A stretch of 62,647 nucleotides of DNA, filler included, from Neophaeotheca triangularis (taxonomy: Eukaryota), in NCBI GenBank assembly GCA_054600435.1. It is 4 parts of 4 records of this genome, joined end to end, with 100 filler letters (N's around TTAATTAATTAA, not from the genome) between each part and the next. Parts side by side here need not be neighbours in the genome. Positions count along the whole stretch, not along the records: positions 17,731 to 33,790 come from BAAIJX010000119.1; positions 33,891 to 48,619 come from BAAIJX010000121.1; 2 more parts are not named here. One strand, given 5' to 3'. Below are positions 23,834-35,108 of the stretch, in pieces. Below the pieces are notes generated by a model, which saw nothing but the letters and a program-made list of their open reading frames with translations, searched no databases and was not told the DNA's origin. The stretch's first letter is position 1. The number at the start of each line of letters is the position of its first letter. A program made the position numbers and the translations under genes.

Positions 23834-26081
23834 TCAAAGCTTGCTCGCGGGCGCTTCGGCTTGCGCCAACACCTCGTCCTTTGCGAATTGGTAGTAAAAG
23901 TCCAGACAGTCCTTGTTGGCCAGCGTATCCGAAGGCTTGACCGTCTTGCCGCTGACGATCTGCTTGACTGGCAATTCGACCTTTTTGAGATTGATGGTAG
24001 TCTGGATGAGAGAGAGAGAGAGAGAGGGTCAGCGAAGAATATGTGACCACAACCAAACTACCCTCGGGGTATTGGGACACAAGGGGGGAAAGAAAGAACG
24101 AAAGAAAAGCAACAGTAGTAGCAAAACTCACAGGAATCTCCGGCGTCTCGAAGACAAACTTCGGCACACACCTCCTGCCCGCATGCGTGGCAATAGCCTC
24201 CTTGACACCCCTGACCAGCTGCCGCGAAAACGTCTTGCCAGGCTTCATCATCAAAAACAACAAAACCCGCTCATCCTCATCCTGCGGCCGGCGCTGGCCC
24301 ACGCAAATCGAATCCTGCACCTCGGCAGCGAAATGCTGGTCGACGACGTTGTAGATTTCGGCGCTCCCGAAGCGCACGCCGCTGGGGTTGAGAACGCCGT
24401 CGGCGCGGCCGAGGAAGTAGATTTGCTTCGTCCGCGCGTCGACTTGGATGAAATCGCCGTGCGTCCAGACGTCGTCGAAGCGCGCAAAGTAGGCGTTGAA
24501 GTATTTTTCCGCCCCGTCGGCGCCCCAGAATTTGATGGGCATGGTTGGGAACGGCCGGGTGCAGACGAGCTCGCCCGGCTCGCCCGGAGTGCTGACTTCG
24601 CGGCCCGCTTGCCCGGCGCCGCCTTCGATGGTTTGGTCGAAGACTTGGACTTTGAGCCCGAGCCCGAGGGTTTGGCACCCGCCGACGTAGAGCGGTTTGA
24701 GCGGCGTGTCGCAGGCGAAGCAGGCCGCAAGGTCGGTGCCGCCGCTGATGTTGGCGAGTTGGACGTGAGGCGGGAAGCCTTGGTCGTAGAACCAGTGGAA
24801 TTGGGCTTCGGAGAGGACCATGCCGGTGCTGCTGACGCGTTTGAGGGACGAGAGGTCCGTGACGTTTTTGGGAAAGATGGGGGGTTTGGCGGACGCGAGG
24901 GTTTGCAGGTAGCGGGGGGAGATGCCGAGGTCGGTGACTTTTTGGTCGCCGACGAGTTTGAGGAAGGTCGTGAGGTCGGGTTGGAAGGGCGAGCCGTCGT
25001 ACAGGACTGCGCGCGCGCCGTGTTGCATTACTTGGCAGCTGGTGAGGTACATGATCCAGCCTGTGGTGGTGTATTGCAAGACTGTTGAGGAAGGGCCGAC
25101 GTCCCGGTGGAGGATGCCTTCCTTTTTGCTGTTGATGAGAACGCCTCCAGTGGAGTGGACGATGCATTTCGGTATCCCCGTCGTTCCGCTAGAGTAGACG
25201 ACGATGAAGGGGTCGTCGAAAGCAATCTTCTCAAACCGCAGCGTCGAGTCGCCTTTTGCCGCCGAGAGGAAACTGGACAGAAGCTGCGTGCGTGGTACGC
25301 CACTGATATCTTCCGGCTTGTCTTGCCACCTGGGCATGCTAACAAGCCCCTTGAACTCACCAATCCCCTTCATCCCTTCGACAATCTCCCTCATCTTCGG
25401 CCGCAAATCGATAGACTTGCCATTGTAAACCGCCCAATCGTCCACAAACACAAAATCCGGCTTAATCTGCGTCAACCGATCCAAAACCCCCTTGGTCCCC
25501 ATATCGGTCGACGAAGACGAAAACAAGCCCCCAACAGCAGTGACGGCATAAAAGACAACCAACGTATCGAGCGAATTCGAAGCGACAACAGCCACACGAT
25601 CCCCCTTGCCAACCCCATTAGCCCGCATAGCATTGGCCAAAGCCCCAACCCTCTGCCTCAGCTCCTTCCAACTCACATCCCTGACCTCGGTACACCCCTC
25701 CCTGACTTCAGTACAAGCGATCTTGCCGTCCTCCTTCCCGGTTGTCGTCCCCCGACTCGCATCCGTAGGGTCAGCAGTGAACAGCACATTCTCGGCGAAA
25801 TTGACGCGCACGCCCTCGAACCAGCGGGGCACGCTGTCCATGCGGGCGGCTGTGTCGTAGACTCTGCTGTAGCTGCCGGAATGGATGATGGGGTGTTGGT
25901 GGAAGACTTGTTCCCAAAAGGCCGGGATATCGGTGACGCTCCAGTCGTAGAGGGCGTCCCAAGACTGCAGGTTGAGGTTGTGGGTGCGGTTCACCGTTTG
26001 CATGAAGCGGAAGGCGGCTGTGGATTGTGGGTTTGGGTGTTCCCAGAGTTTGCGCGGGAGTTGGGACATTTCTGCTGTCAT
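23834..26081 (-). CDS. acetoacetyl-CoA synthetase (acetoacetate-CoA ligase), C-terminal PTS1
   Basis: Exons 26081-24132 and 24001-23834 (intron GTGAGT..CAG). AMP-binding motif YSSGTTGIPKCIVH, ISGGTD, WTHGDF, GRADGVLNPSGVRFGSAEIY. Spliced end is IP|TTINLKKVELPVK...APASKL*. Confidence 0.93.
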
Positions 26082-27004
26082 GGTAGATGTTTCTGAGGGG
26101 TGTTGGATTATTGGGGTCTTTAGATTTTGGTTATGGATTGGTTGGTCGTTTTGAAGCGGTTCCCGATTGCTGGGCTTTGATGGTCTTGATGGGTTTCTAC
26201 GGTAGATTGCACAATGATGAAGATTGGAAAGCACAAGCAAGAAGAGTACGGCACATGGTTAGTGGCGAAGATTGAGAAGAGTACTATGTACTCACAGTCA
26301 CCGCGTTGATGAGTTGATAAGGTATATAGCGGGGGGCGTACACCAACCACACCACCAACCCGCGGTGGACGTCGGCTCTTGAGGAGGGGTACAGCAGGCA
26401 TATTGCCGAAGTCTCCCTAGTACTAAAACCATTCCAGCACCGCATCCTTTCACATTGTTGATCGCTGCACCAGGTGGACACTAGAAGACCTGACTTGAGA
26501 TAGGAGGCTCGATTGAACAAGGCACGATGGAGTGAGTCGTGAGTGAGTGAGAGAGAGAATACATACATAGTACTTGCCAGGCAGGTAGTGGCATGGATCT
26601 TCTCGGATCGCGCGGGTTCCGGAGAAAAGGCGCCAAGATTGAAGACTTATCAAACAGCAAAAATGTTAGACTTTTGCACACGAAACACACAAAACAGCAG
26701 CGCTCAAATTGCGAGTGTTTGACCTGTCGACAAGCTTGCATTCCACTTGTCAACGCTTAGCAGAGACTTCCCACGGGGCTCAGCATGCATGCATATAGAA
26801 GCAGTCGCGACTCGCAGCCATCGAACTAGGTACATAGTAGGTGGGTAGGTAGTAGGTAGGTAAGGTACAGCAGGCACCTTATTAGGTGCTCACCGACAAT
26901 TTATTACGGTAACGCTCGTTGTATTTCTCACTGCTGCGTTTCGACACTTCCCGCGTTGCTTCTTCGCTACTTTGAACACTCCTCGCAAATTCTCCGGAGC
27001 AAGT

Positions 27005-28555
27005 ATGCCGCCCAAGACAAGACGACAGGCAGTGCGAGGAAGTCTCTCGCGCGGCTTCAGCGACGCCACCGTGGCGAGTGTCATGGTGGACGGACAGCTG
27101 CCAAAAGACGCCAGACCAAGACCGTCTCCGAGTCATCTTCTCAGCTCAGAGCTCGCGGATGACGACAGCAACAGCAACAACACCTGGTCAACGCGTGCAG
27201 ATGGCTTGCGAGCGGCTGATGACCCGGTTGAACTTCCCGCTTTCACCATCGATCTCGCTCTACCGCCCGAGCAACGCTGGCTGGAAGTTTGCTCGGCCAT
27301 GAGGGAGGAGATTCAGGGTATTACGGGCTTGTTTGATGAGGTTGTGGGGGGGTTGTTGCCTTTGCTTCCACTCTATTGGGTTCACAGGAGTTGCGCCTTC
27401 TTTTTGCGGAGGATTGCTAATGTGGAGGAGACCAGGGAGTTGAACGGTATCAGTGCTGCGACGGGCGTGGGGCTGTATTTGCTCGTCTGTCTGAACGTAC
27501 TGCTGGATCTCTTCTTGGGCTGTTCGAGCGGCGGTGTACGCGTGCAAGACGATAATGGCGGGACCAAGATGGTGCACTTCCGGACTTTGGACTGGGGCAT
27601 GCCAGCCCTACGACGTATCCTCGTGCGGCTGGACTACAAATATGGAACCGACGGAGAAATCCTCGCTTCCGTAATCACCTACGCAGGCTTCACAGGAGTG
27701 CTCACAGGCGTCCGTAAAGACCTAAGCATGAGCCTAAACTTCCGGCCCAACCACAACAACAGCCACCAACGCCTGACGAACCTCCAATACCGCTGGCAAC
27801 AAGCAATGGTGGTGCTAGGTTTCCGGCCGAGCATCGCAAGCCGCCTCCGCGAAAACCTGCTAACCCCGACCCTCAACCTCTCGGAAGGCGAAAAGACCCT
27901 CCGCCACCAACTATCCCGCACAACATACACTTCCATCACGACCCTCATGCGCAGCGCAAACCTCTCAACAACCTCCTGCTACCTGATCCTCAGCGACGGC
28001 GACACAACCACAGTCCTCGAACGCGACCGCGTCTCGGCTCACGCTCGCAGCGATACCGACTTCATCATCGCCACCAACGGCGACCACGATGCCATGATCC
28101 CCGATCCTCCCCCCTCCCTGACCTCAAACCCCACACCTACAACAACCACAACCACAACCAACGGCCCCACCACCGGCCCCTTCCCCCGCTCCAAAACTCC
28201 CATCCAAACCGCCACTTTAACGGACATCCTCAGCGACGCCCAAGACCGCGCCCAGTGCGCTGAGAGCAATTACCGACGCCTCACCGCAGCAAGACCGAAG
28301 GGAGACTCGCAATCAGAGAGACTCTTGCAATCAAACAGAGTCCCACGAGCAGAGACCACCCGACGACCAGAAGAGGCCAAGTTGCAAACCGCCCAAGTCG
28401 TCGACGAACTCCTGCTGAAATTCCCCACGACCAACGAAACGACGCATTACGCTTGTGTCATGGATCCTCGGACGGGGCGGTTTGCGTGGCATGGAGCGTG
28501 GATGGCGCCGGTGGGGGTGCGGTGGATTAGGGCGCATTTGAGTGAGGGGTATTAG
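27005..28555 (+). CDS. acid ceramidase / N-acylethanolamine acid amidase-like Ntn hydrolase
   Basis: FTIDLALPPEQRW alpha-subunit motif, autoprocessing site LG|CSS with nucleophile Cys, HFRTLDW, YAGFTGVLTGVR. ATG at 27005. Confidence 0.85.
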   Translation: MPPKTRRQAVRGSLSRGFSDATVASVMVDGQLPKDARPRPSPSHLLSSELADDDSNSNNTWSTRADGLRAADDPVELPAFTIDLALPPEQRWLEVCSAMREEIQGITGLFDEVVGGLLPLLPLYWVHRSCAFFLRRIANVEETRELNGISAATGVGLYLLVCLNVLLDLFLGCSSGGVRVQDDNGGTKMVHFRTLDWGMPALRRILVRLDYKYGTDGEILASVITYAGFTGVLTGVRKDLSMSLNFRPNHNNSHQRLTNLQYRWQQAMVVLGFRPSIASRLRENLLTPTLNLSEGEKTLRHQLSRTTYTSITTLMRSANLSTTSCYLILSDGDTTTVLERDRVSAHARSDTDFIIATNGDHDAMIPDPPPSLTSNPTPTTTTTTTNGPTTGPFPRSKTPIQTATLTDILSDAQDRAQCAESNYRRLTAARPKGDSQSERLLQSNRVPRAETTRRPEEAKLQTAQVVDELLLKFPTTNETTHYACVMDPRTGRFAWHGAWMAPVGVRWIRAHLSEGY

Positions 28556-30025
28556 ATGGGAGCTTGGGAGGGGGGGTTTGGGGGAGGGAGGGAGGGAGGG
28601 ATTGGCGCGTACGGTATCTACCTAGGTAGTATAGCTAGTGCACTGGGTGGCTGGGTTCTCTGACAAGTGATCTTGTTCTGCTAGCAGCAGCGACCTTTGG
28701 GCGTGGATTTTCGCCCGCTGACTGGGACTGTACGGTAGTTAAGTTACCGGAACCAACGACGAGCGGGTGTGCTTTGTCTGGTCGCCAACAACCACTGGCA
28801 GCATGGCGGGCTCCCGGACTAGACACGGGTCACTGGTCACGCATATTCACGTTGGCTCGTGGCGTCTTCGGGCATGAGACGCGGGGGTAGTATTAGAAAT
28901 GAACGACATGTTGGCACCGAGCTTGGCCATTCACACACACACACACATACAGCTGTTTTAATTGCGAAGGGCAGGTCAAGACTTGATGATCGGATCGAAG
29001 ACGACACGATGGGGTGGGGTGGATAGATGTCCAGGTTGCAAACACGACTCGAATGCCCATTTGTCGCGGTGGCAGGAGTGGGAAGAAAAGTGTGTGTTTT
29101 GGTTGTTTGTTCTGGGGGCAATTAATAATGTCTCGTCGAATTGGCATTTCCCTCATCTTCCACTGGGGCTCGCGTATAGTTGGACGTTTTCTACATCAGC
29201 CGTACTTGCATACTGGGTAGTTGTGCAATAGGAGGTAATGGCACAAGTCAAATGATATGAAATGTAGAATGTGGTCCCGATACCTATGTAGGTAGCAGGT
29301 ACTAGAGATGACTCGGGAGAGACGGGAGAGAGAGAGAGAGAGCGGGTGTGGAGAGAGAGAGAGGCCAAGGTAAAAGGGCCGAAGGAGCGGCCAAGCAATC
29401 TCCCTCCAGTCTCGGCAACGGGAAAACGTGACTTGTGCAAAACTACTTGTGCTTGAACAATAATAATAAAGCAGGGCATGCTTGACTCTTGAGGTGGTTG
29501 GTAGTGTTGGTTGAGAAATGATGATGAAAAAAAACCGCCCCACGGATTTTAAAAGTACTAGTACCTCGTAGATGGGGACGTGAGCGTTTGCCTTCGTTTA
29601 GTGCTGCGGAGAAAGCAATGGACAGTCTGGAGAGAGCTTAGGTCTTGGTCTGGAACTTTTTTTTGGCTACTTTTTGTACTTGGTTGGGTGTTGGTGTTCT
29701 CAGCGATAAACGTTAGGGTATTATTGGTATGGTGTTGAGAATTGTCCGTGTTGACTGTAGGGTCAGGTACCTTGGATTCAACATTGTTTGGGAGAGTTGA
29801 CTTGATAATAATTATTGAGGGGTTTGCTTTGGTGGAGCTCTACTGTTCACGTGGCTGTCGTTGTCAGAAGGCCAAGGTAGGAGGAGGTAGGAGGTGGTGG
29901 ACGGGGCAAGCGCAATGCCATTGGATGCTCGCCGGTCGCGCATCTGCCCTCCAGCTGGGTTGGAGTCGGGTGGGACACTACTAGTACTGCCAGGTGCAGG
30001 TGGGAAGTGGGAGGAGTTGGAGAGC

Positions 30026-30057
<32 letters not shown>
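30026..30057. repeat. (TAG)n microsatellite
   Basis: About 10.7 perfect TAG units upstream of glycogen synthase. Confidence 0.9.
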
Positions 30058-30509
30058 AGCTAATCTAGCTCCAAGGTAGCTAGCTAGGTACAGTTCTCTC
30101 TTCCTCCATCGCTACTACCCATCTACATCTACATCTACACCTACACCTATACCTACGCCTACTTACATACTACACCTCCATAGATACATCTTTTACACCT
30201 TTTTTCTCATTACCTCCGCACCTACACCTGCCGCTCCTACTTCCCACTACTCTGCTCACTATTGCATGGCGGTTGGGTAGAGACACGCTCGATTCCGCTG
30301 CCATTGTAGCTTTGCCTGCCGAACGAGGTACGTCTACACAACAACCCAGCTACCATTCACACCCTTACGCACTCACACCACTGTTTTCCTCACTACCTCA
30401 TCCCCCCGCATCTTTCCAGACAAGAGCTGACCATCATCCACTCAGCTCGAAACCTCTCTCTCACCCCGAAACCTATCCACTCCCCCACCGCCAGACCCGC
30501 TCTCTCAAC

Positions 30510-32918
30510 ATGTCTGACACACCGCGCCGAGACGTGCGCAATCATGTGCTTTTCGAAGTAGCAACAGAAGTAGCAAACAGGGTCGGCGGCATCTATTCGG
30601 TCCTCAAGTCCAAAGCCCAAGTCACAACGGCAGAGTATGGCTCGACCTACACCCTCTTGGGCCCGCTCAACCGAGCTTCGGCAGCTGTTGAGGTGGAAGA
30701 AATAGCCCCCAAGGACCCGGCCATGATAGCCACCATCAGGTCCATGAATGACCGCGGTATCCAGACCCTCTACGGTCGGTGGTTGATTGACGGCGCGCCG
30801 AGGGTGCTGCTCTTTGATACTGGTACTGGCTATTACAAGCTGGATGAGTGGAAGGGAGACTTGTGGTCTACCGCCGGAATCCCATCCCCTCCAGACGACC
30901 ACGAGACGAACGAGGCTATCGTCTTCGGATATCTGATTGCGTGGTTTCTGGGAGAGGTGCGTGCTAGTTTGTTTGGCAGCAAATTGTAATCTGACCACTT
31001 TACTAACTACCCACACAGTACGTCTACCATGAAAAGGAGCGGGCTGTCATTGCGCAATTCCACGAATGGCTCGCCGGTGTTGCTCTTCCTCTGTGCAAGA
31101 AGCGCAGAATAGACGTGACTACCATCTTCACCACCCACGCTACCCTTCTCGGCCGCTACCTCTGCGCCGGCTCCGTCGATTTCTACAACAACTTGCAATA
31201 TTTTGACTGCGATGCTGAAGCCGGCAAGCGTGGCATCTACCACCGTTACTGCATTGAGCGCGGCGCTGCCCACTCGGCTGACGTCTTCACCACTGTCTCC
31301 CACATCACCGCATATGAAAGCGAACATCTCCTCAAGCGCAAGCCCGACGGAGTCCTACCAAATGGTCTGAATGTCAAAAAGTTCAGCGCTACCCACGAGT
31401 TCCAGAATCTGCATCAGACCAACAAGGAGCGCATCAACGATTTCGTGCGCGGTCACTTTTACGGCCACAACGATTTCGACCCAGACAAGACGCTCTACTT
31501 CTTCACGGCGGGAAGGTACGAGTACAGGAATAAAGGTGTGGACATGTTCATCGAGTCGTTGGCACGTCTAAACCACCGCATGAAGGCAGCTGGCTCCGAT
31601 GTCACTGTCGTGGCCTTTATCATCATGCCTGCGCAAACCACCTCGCTGGCCGTCGAGGCACTCAAAGGCCAAGCTGTCATCAAGTCTCTACGGGATACCA
31701 TTGGCATGATCGAGCACAATGTTGGGAAGAAGCTCTTCGACAAGTCGCTCGCCTGGCATGAAGGTCAAGATCCCCCAGATGACAAAGATCTACTTTCTGC
31801 CCAGGACAAGATCATGCTCCGTCGCCGTCTCTACGCCATGAAGCGCTACAACCTCCCGCCGATAGTAACGCACAATATGATAAACGACCAAGAAGACCCA
31901 ATTCTAAACCAAATCCGACGCTGCCAACTCTTCAACCACCCCTCAGACCGCGTCAAAGTCGTCTTCCATCCCGAGTTCCTCTCATCCGGCAACCCAGTCC
32001 TCCCAATGGACTACGACGACTTCGTCCGTGGGACACATATGGGCATTTTCTCGTCATACTACGAACCCTGGGGCTACACACCCGCCGAGTGTACCGTCAT
32101 GGGTGTCCCCAGCATCACCACCAACCTCTCCGGTTTCGGCTGCTACATGGAAGAGCTGATTGAAAACGCTTCCGACTACGGCATCTACATTGTCGACAGG
32201 CGAATGAAAGGTATTGACGAGAGCGTTGATCAGCTCGCCCACTTCATGCACGAATTCACCAAGAAGAGCAAACGCCAACGCATCAACCAGCGCAACCGTA
32301 CAGAACGCCTCAGCGACCTCCTCGACTGGAAGCGCATGGGTATGGAGTACGTGAAAGCAAGGCAGCTCGCTTTGCGGAGAGGTAAGTTTTCCCAAGCTAA
32401 TCCCCAACAATGTCAATACCACCAAGAACTAACCCCCGCCCGTGTTTCTAGCCTACCCATCCTCCTTCGACACCTCCATGTCCGACGAAATCTCCTTCTT
32501 CGACGCCGCCGACCAACAGAAAATCTCCCGTCCCCTCTCCGCTCCCGGCTCGCCGCGCGAACGCTCTGGCATGATGACCCCCGGCGATTTCGCCTCTCTG
32601 CAAGAAGGCCGCGAGGGCCTGAGTACTGAGGATTATATCGCTTGGAAATTGCCCGAGGAGGAGGAGACGGAGGACTATCCCTTTACGTTGACGTTGAAGG
32701 TTAAGAATAAGGATGGTGGTGGGGGTGAGGGGGGAAGTGGGGTTGGGACGCCTACTTTGGCTGGGAATACGGATACGAGTGCGGGTGTAGGTGTAGGTGT
32801 GGGTGCGGGTGCAGGTGCAGGTGCGGGTACGGGTATGCCTGGGGGTTTTGGTGGCGCCGCGGGGACTGCGAATGCGAATGGCGCGCAAGGGGTTAATGGC
32901 GCGTCTTCGGGGGTTTAG
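30510..32918 (+). CDS. GSY1: glycogen synthase (GT3)
   Basis: Exons 30510-30956, 31019-32381, 32452-32918. Motifs [53 protein letters not shown], and C-terminal phosphosite region [11 protein letters not shown]...MTPGD. Confidence 0.97.
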
Positions 32919-33585
32919 TACTCGCCCAGGTTGAGGGGGGTTTATCGATGGTGTTGAGTAGGCTAGACGACTACAAGACTGTTTGATCGTGTCTGCGAGC
33001 TTGGAGAGGTGAAGAGTTTTCGTCGCTCTTCCGGGAGAGGGGGGGGGGGGTCTTGTTCGCGAAGGGAAGGAAGGGTTAAATTCGAGATGAGCGTTCCATG
33101 GCAGTGAAGCGTCAGGGTGGGGTTGCGTTGCGATTGGGAGTGTGCTTTGGTTTAATTAGCAAAGGATAGGGGGGGAGAAGGACGGAGGAGGGAGGCAAGG
33201 GGCGCTTTGGCTGGCTGTGTTGGCTGCGTTTCCTCGTCTCCTCCCTGTCCATCCATCTATCTATCTATTCGAGTCTGTCCTGTTATATCTACATACTACT
33301 GACCCTGTCTTGCTTTTGTTCCTTTTCGTTTCTTTCCTTTTCCTTTTTTTCCTTTGGTTTTTTTCCTTTGGTTTTTGTTCTTTCTCCCCCCTTATTCTTT
33401 CTTTCAGTTCCCCTTTCTGTGAGAATCTTGTAGTTGCGCTTGCGTTTGCAATTGTCTCTTTTGCCCCCTTTTTATTTTTTATTTTCCTGCTCGGGAGGTC
33501 CTTGTTATGGGTTTGTCTTTGGAGCCTTTTCTTTTTCTTTTTCTGTTTCCCTTTTTTTTTTTTTGGTGGCTACTGTGGGTTTGTA

Positions 33586-33666
33586 GGGCTTGTAGAGGGA
33601 GGGCTTATAGGGGGAGGGCTTGTAGAGGGAGGGCTTGTAGAGGGAGGGCTTGTAGAGGGAGGGCTT
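33586..33666 (+). repeat. 15-bp tandem repeat GGGCTTGTAGAGGGA, about 5.4 copies
   Basis: Units at 33586, 33601, 33616, 33631, 33646 and a partial unit at 33661. Confidence 0.9.
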
Positions 33667-33790
33667 ACTAGCGGGCGTGAGGGGATGGGGGGGGGGGGGG
33701 GGGGGGGGGGTTTTTTTTTTTTTTTTTAAGTAATTTAGGTTTAAAAAAAAAATAATTATAAAGGGTTGGTGGGATTAAAAAAAAAATTTA

Positions 33791-33890
33791 NNNNNNNNNN
33801 NNNNNNNNNNNNNNNNNNNNNNNNNNNNNNNNNNTTAATTAATTAANNNNNNNNNNNNNNNNNNNNNNNNNNNNNNNNNNNNNNNNNNNN
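33791..33890. other. artificial assembly spacer (N44-TTAATTAATTAA-N44)
   Basis: Identical to the spacer at 17631; near poly-G/poly-T upstream and followed by poly-C. Confidence 0.97.
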
Positions 33891-33925
33891 TCCCCCCCCC
33901 CCCCCCCCCCCCCCCCCCGCCCTCG

Positions 33926-33969
<44 letters not shown>

Positions 33970-34061
33970 GCTCAGACCTTGCCTTCCGGAACTACTATGT
34001 CAGGCTCTCGAAAGGTTGGGGCTTCACCTTCGATTTCTCTCCGACACCCACAGCACTCACT

Positions 34062-34663
34062 ATGGACGGCACAAGCTCTTCCACTAGAGTAAGTCCAGCT
34101 ATCCCACCTTCAGTGAAACGGACCACCTACTAACGCACCCTCAGTACGAGCCCAACCCAGGCAAAAACACCCGCGGCCGCGCCTACGCCATGGCCGAGCA
34201 CAACCATCTGCAAGCGCAATACCACTGCACGCCGCTCGAAATCATCCCGGTCGAGCTCCGCGGCACCCACGCGCTCACCGACGCCTTCATTCACTATCTC
34301 TACCTCATCAGTCGCCGCGTCCCGCGTCTAGATCACTTGCAAGATCTCATGCACCTTGAAGTGAGCCAGAGGCGGTCGAAGAGGCCGCGCTCGGTGGCGA
34401 ATGTGGCGGCCAACGACATGCGCACTATTCTTGGCAAGGTGAAGACTGCGCATGGGAGGGCGAGGGCTAGGGCGATGGTGGAGGATGCTAGGGAGGAGGA
34501 GGAGAGCAAGGAGGAGGAGAGGAAGGAGGCTGAGGTGAAGGGAGGTGATGGAGAGGGCAAGGAGGCTGAGGAGGCTGAGGAGGCGGAGAGTGAAGCGAAC
34601 GAGAACGCTGTAGAGGAGGAGGTTGAAGCTGGTACTACCCGTTCAGGTAGGAACTTCACTTGA
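34062..34663 (+). CDS. hypothetical protein (~181 aa, acidic C-terminus)
   Basis: Exon 34062-34088, intron 34089-34144 with near-perfect signals (GTAAGT, TACTAAC, CAG), exon 34145-34663 in frame with the 157-aa ORF. Confidence 0.65.
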
Positions 34664-34822
34664 GTATGGTACATGCTGTATGTAGATCGCTCACTCCATC
34701 TACGATTCCTTTTCACCTATTTGCCGCTAAGAAATAAATGTAATTGTCGTTCGAAAGCTGCACGCGATCTGAACTCAACACCTCAATGGAGGGGTTTCTT
34801 TTTCTGTTTTCATTTTTCAAGG

Positions 34823-34830
34823 TATATATT
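34823..34830 (+). promoter_or_regulatory. TATA box of the putative Pol III ncRNA gene
   Basis: TATATATT starts 29 nt upstream of the 5' strand of the RNA closing helix. Confidence 0.5.
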
Positions 34831-34851
34831 CAACTTACACCCAGGTTCCTT

Positions 34852-34946
34852 GTCGTGAGTCCCTACGGACAGTTTCTCAGCGCGAGTGTCGCCGGCACAA
34901 GATCGCCCGCGGAAGGGGGTAGCGTTTAGTGATACCCTACGACGCC
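34852..34946 (+). ncRNA. putative small structured RNA (four-way junction), probably Pol III-transcribed; family not identified
   Basis: Closing helix GTCGT(34852-56)/ACGAC(34939-43). Hairpin GTCC-CTAC-GGAC. Long arm TTTC/GGAA, GCGA/TCGC, GTGTC/GGCAC. Hairpin GGGGTA/TACCCT. Upstream TATA, T12 run and downstream B box. Confidence 0.65.
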
Positions 34947-34958
34947 TTTTTTTTTTTT
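34947..34958 (+). terminator. oligo-T Pol III-type terminator
   Basis: 12 consecutive T starting 4 nt after the closing helix. Confidence 0.55.
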
Positions 34959-34994
34959 GTCCCGATTCGGCCGAACAGCGGCGGCGAGGTCGAG

Positions 34995-35004
34995 GGTTCG
35001 AGTC
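34995..35004 (+). promoter_or_regulatory. TFIIIC B-box-like element downstream of the putative ncRNA
   Basis: GGTTCGAGTC matches the B-box consensus GGTTCGANTC. Confidence 0.5.
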
Positions 35005-35108
35005 TTGCAACAGCTTCGATTCTTTTTGCACGGCAATAATCCTACAAATACCGCCGCCCGCCGACCTCACCTCACACCTACGTCACAACCAACCGTCCCC
35101 TCAACCCT

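Noticed and set aside
23913..26096. Long antisense ORFs (391 aa and 329 aa) over the acetoacetyl-CoA synthetase, and similar shadows over other genes
   Set aside because: Explained by GC-rich codon bias of the sense gene; no domain motifs.
33217..33729. 170-aa Phe/Leu-rich ORF looking like a membrane protein
   Set aside because: Translation of T-rich low-complexity sequence and a 15-bp repeat near a contig end; non-ATG start.
34852..34946. Hammerhead ribozyme (TGAGTCC-CTAC-GGAC) or tRNA-Sec (internal TCA) reading of the small RNA
   Set aside because: Lacks the CTGANGA and GAAA catalytic core; arm lengths and loops do not fit a tRNA, and the TCA lies in an internal bulge, not an anticodon loop.
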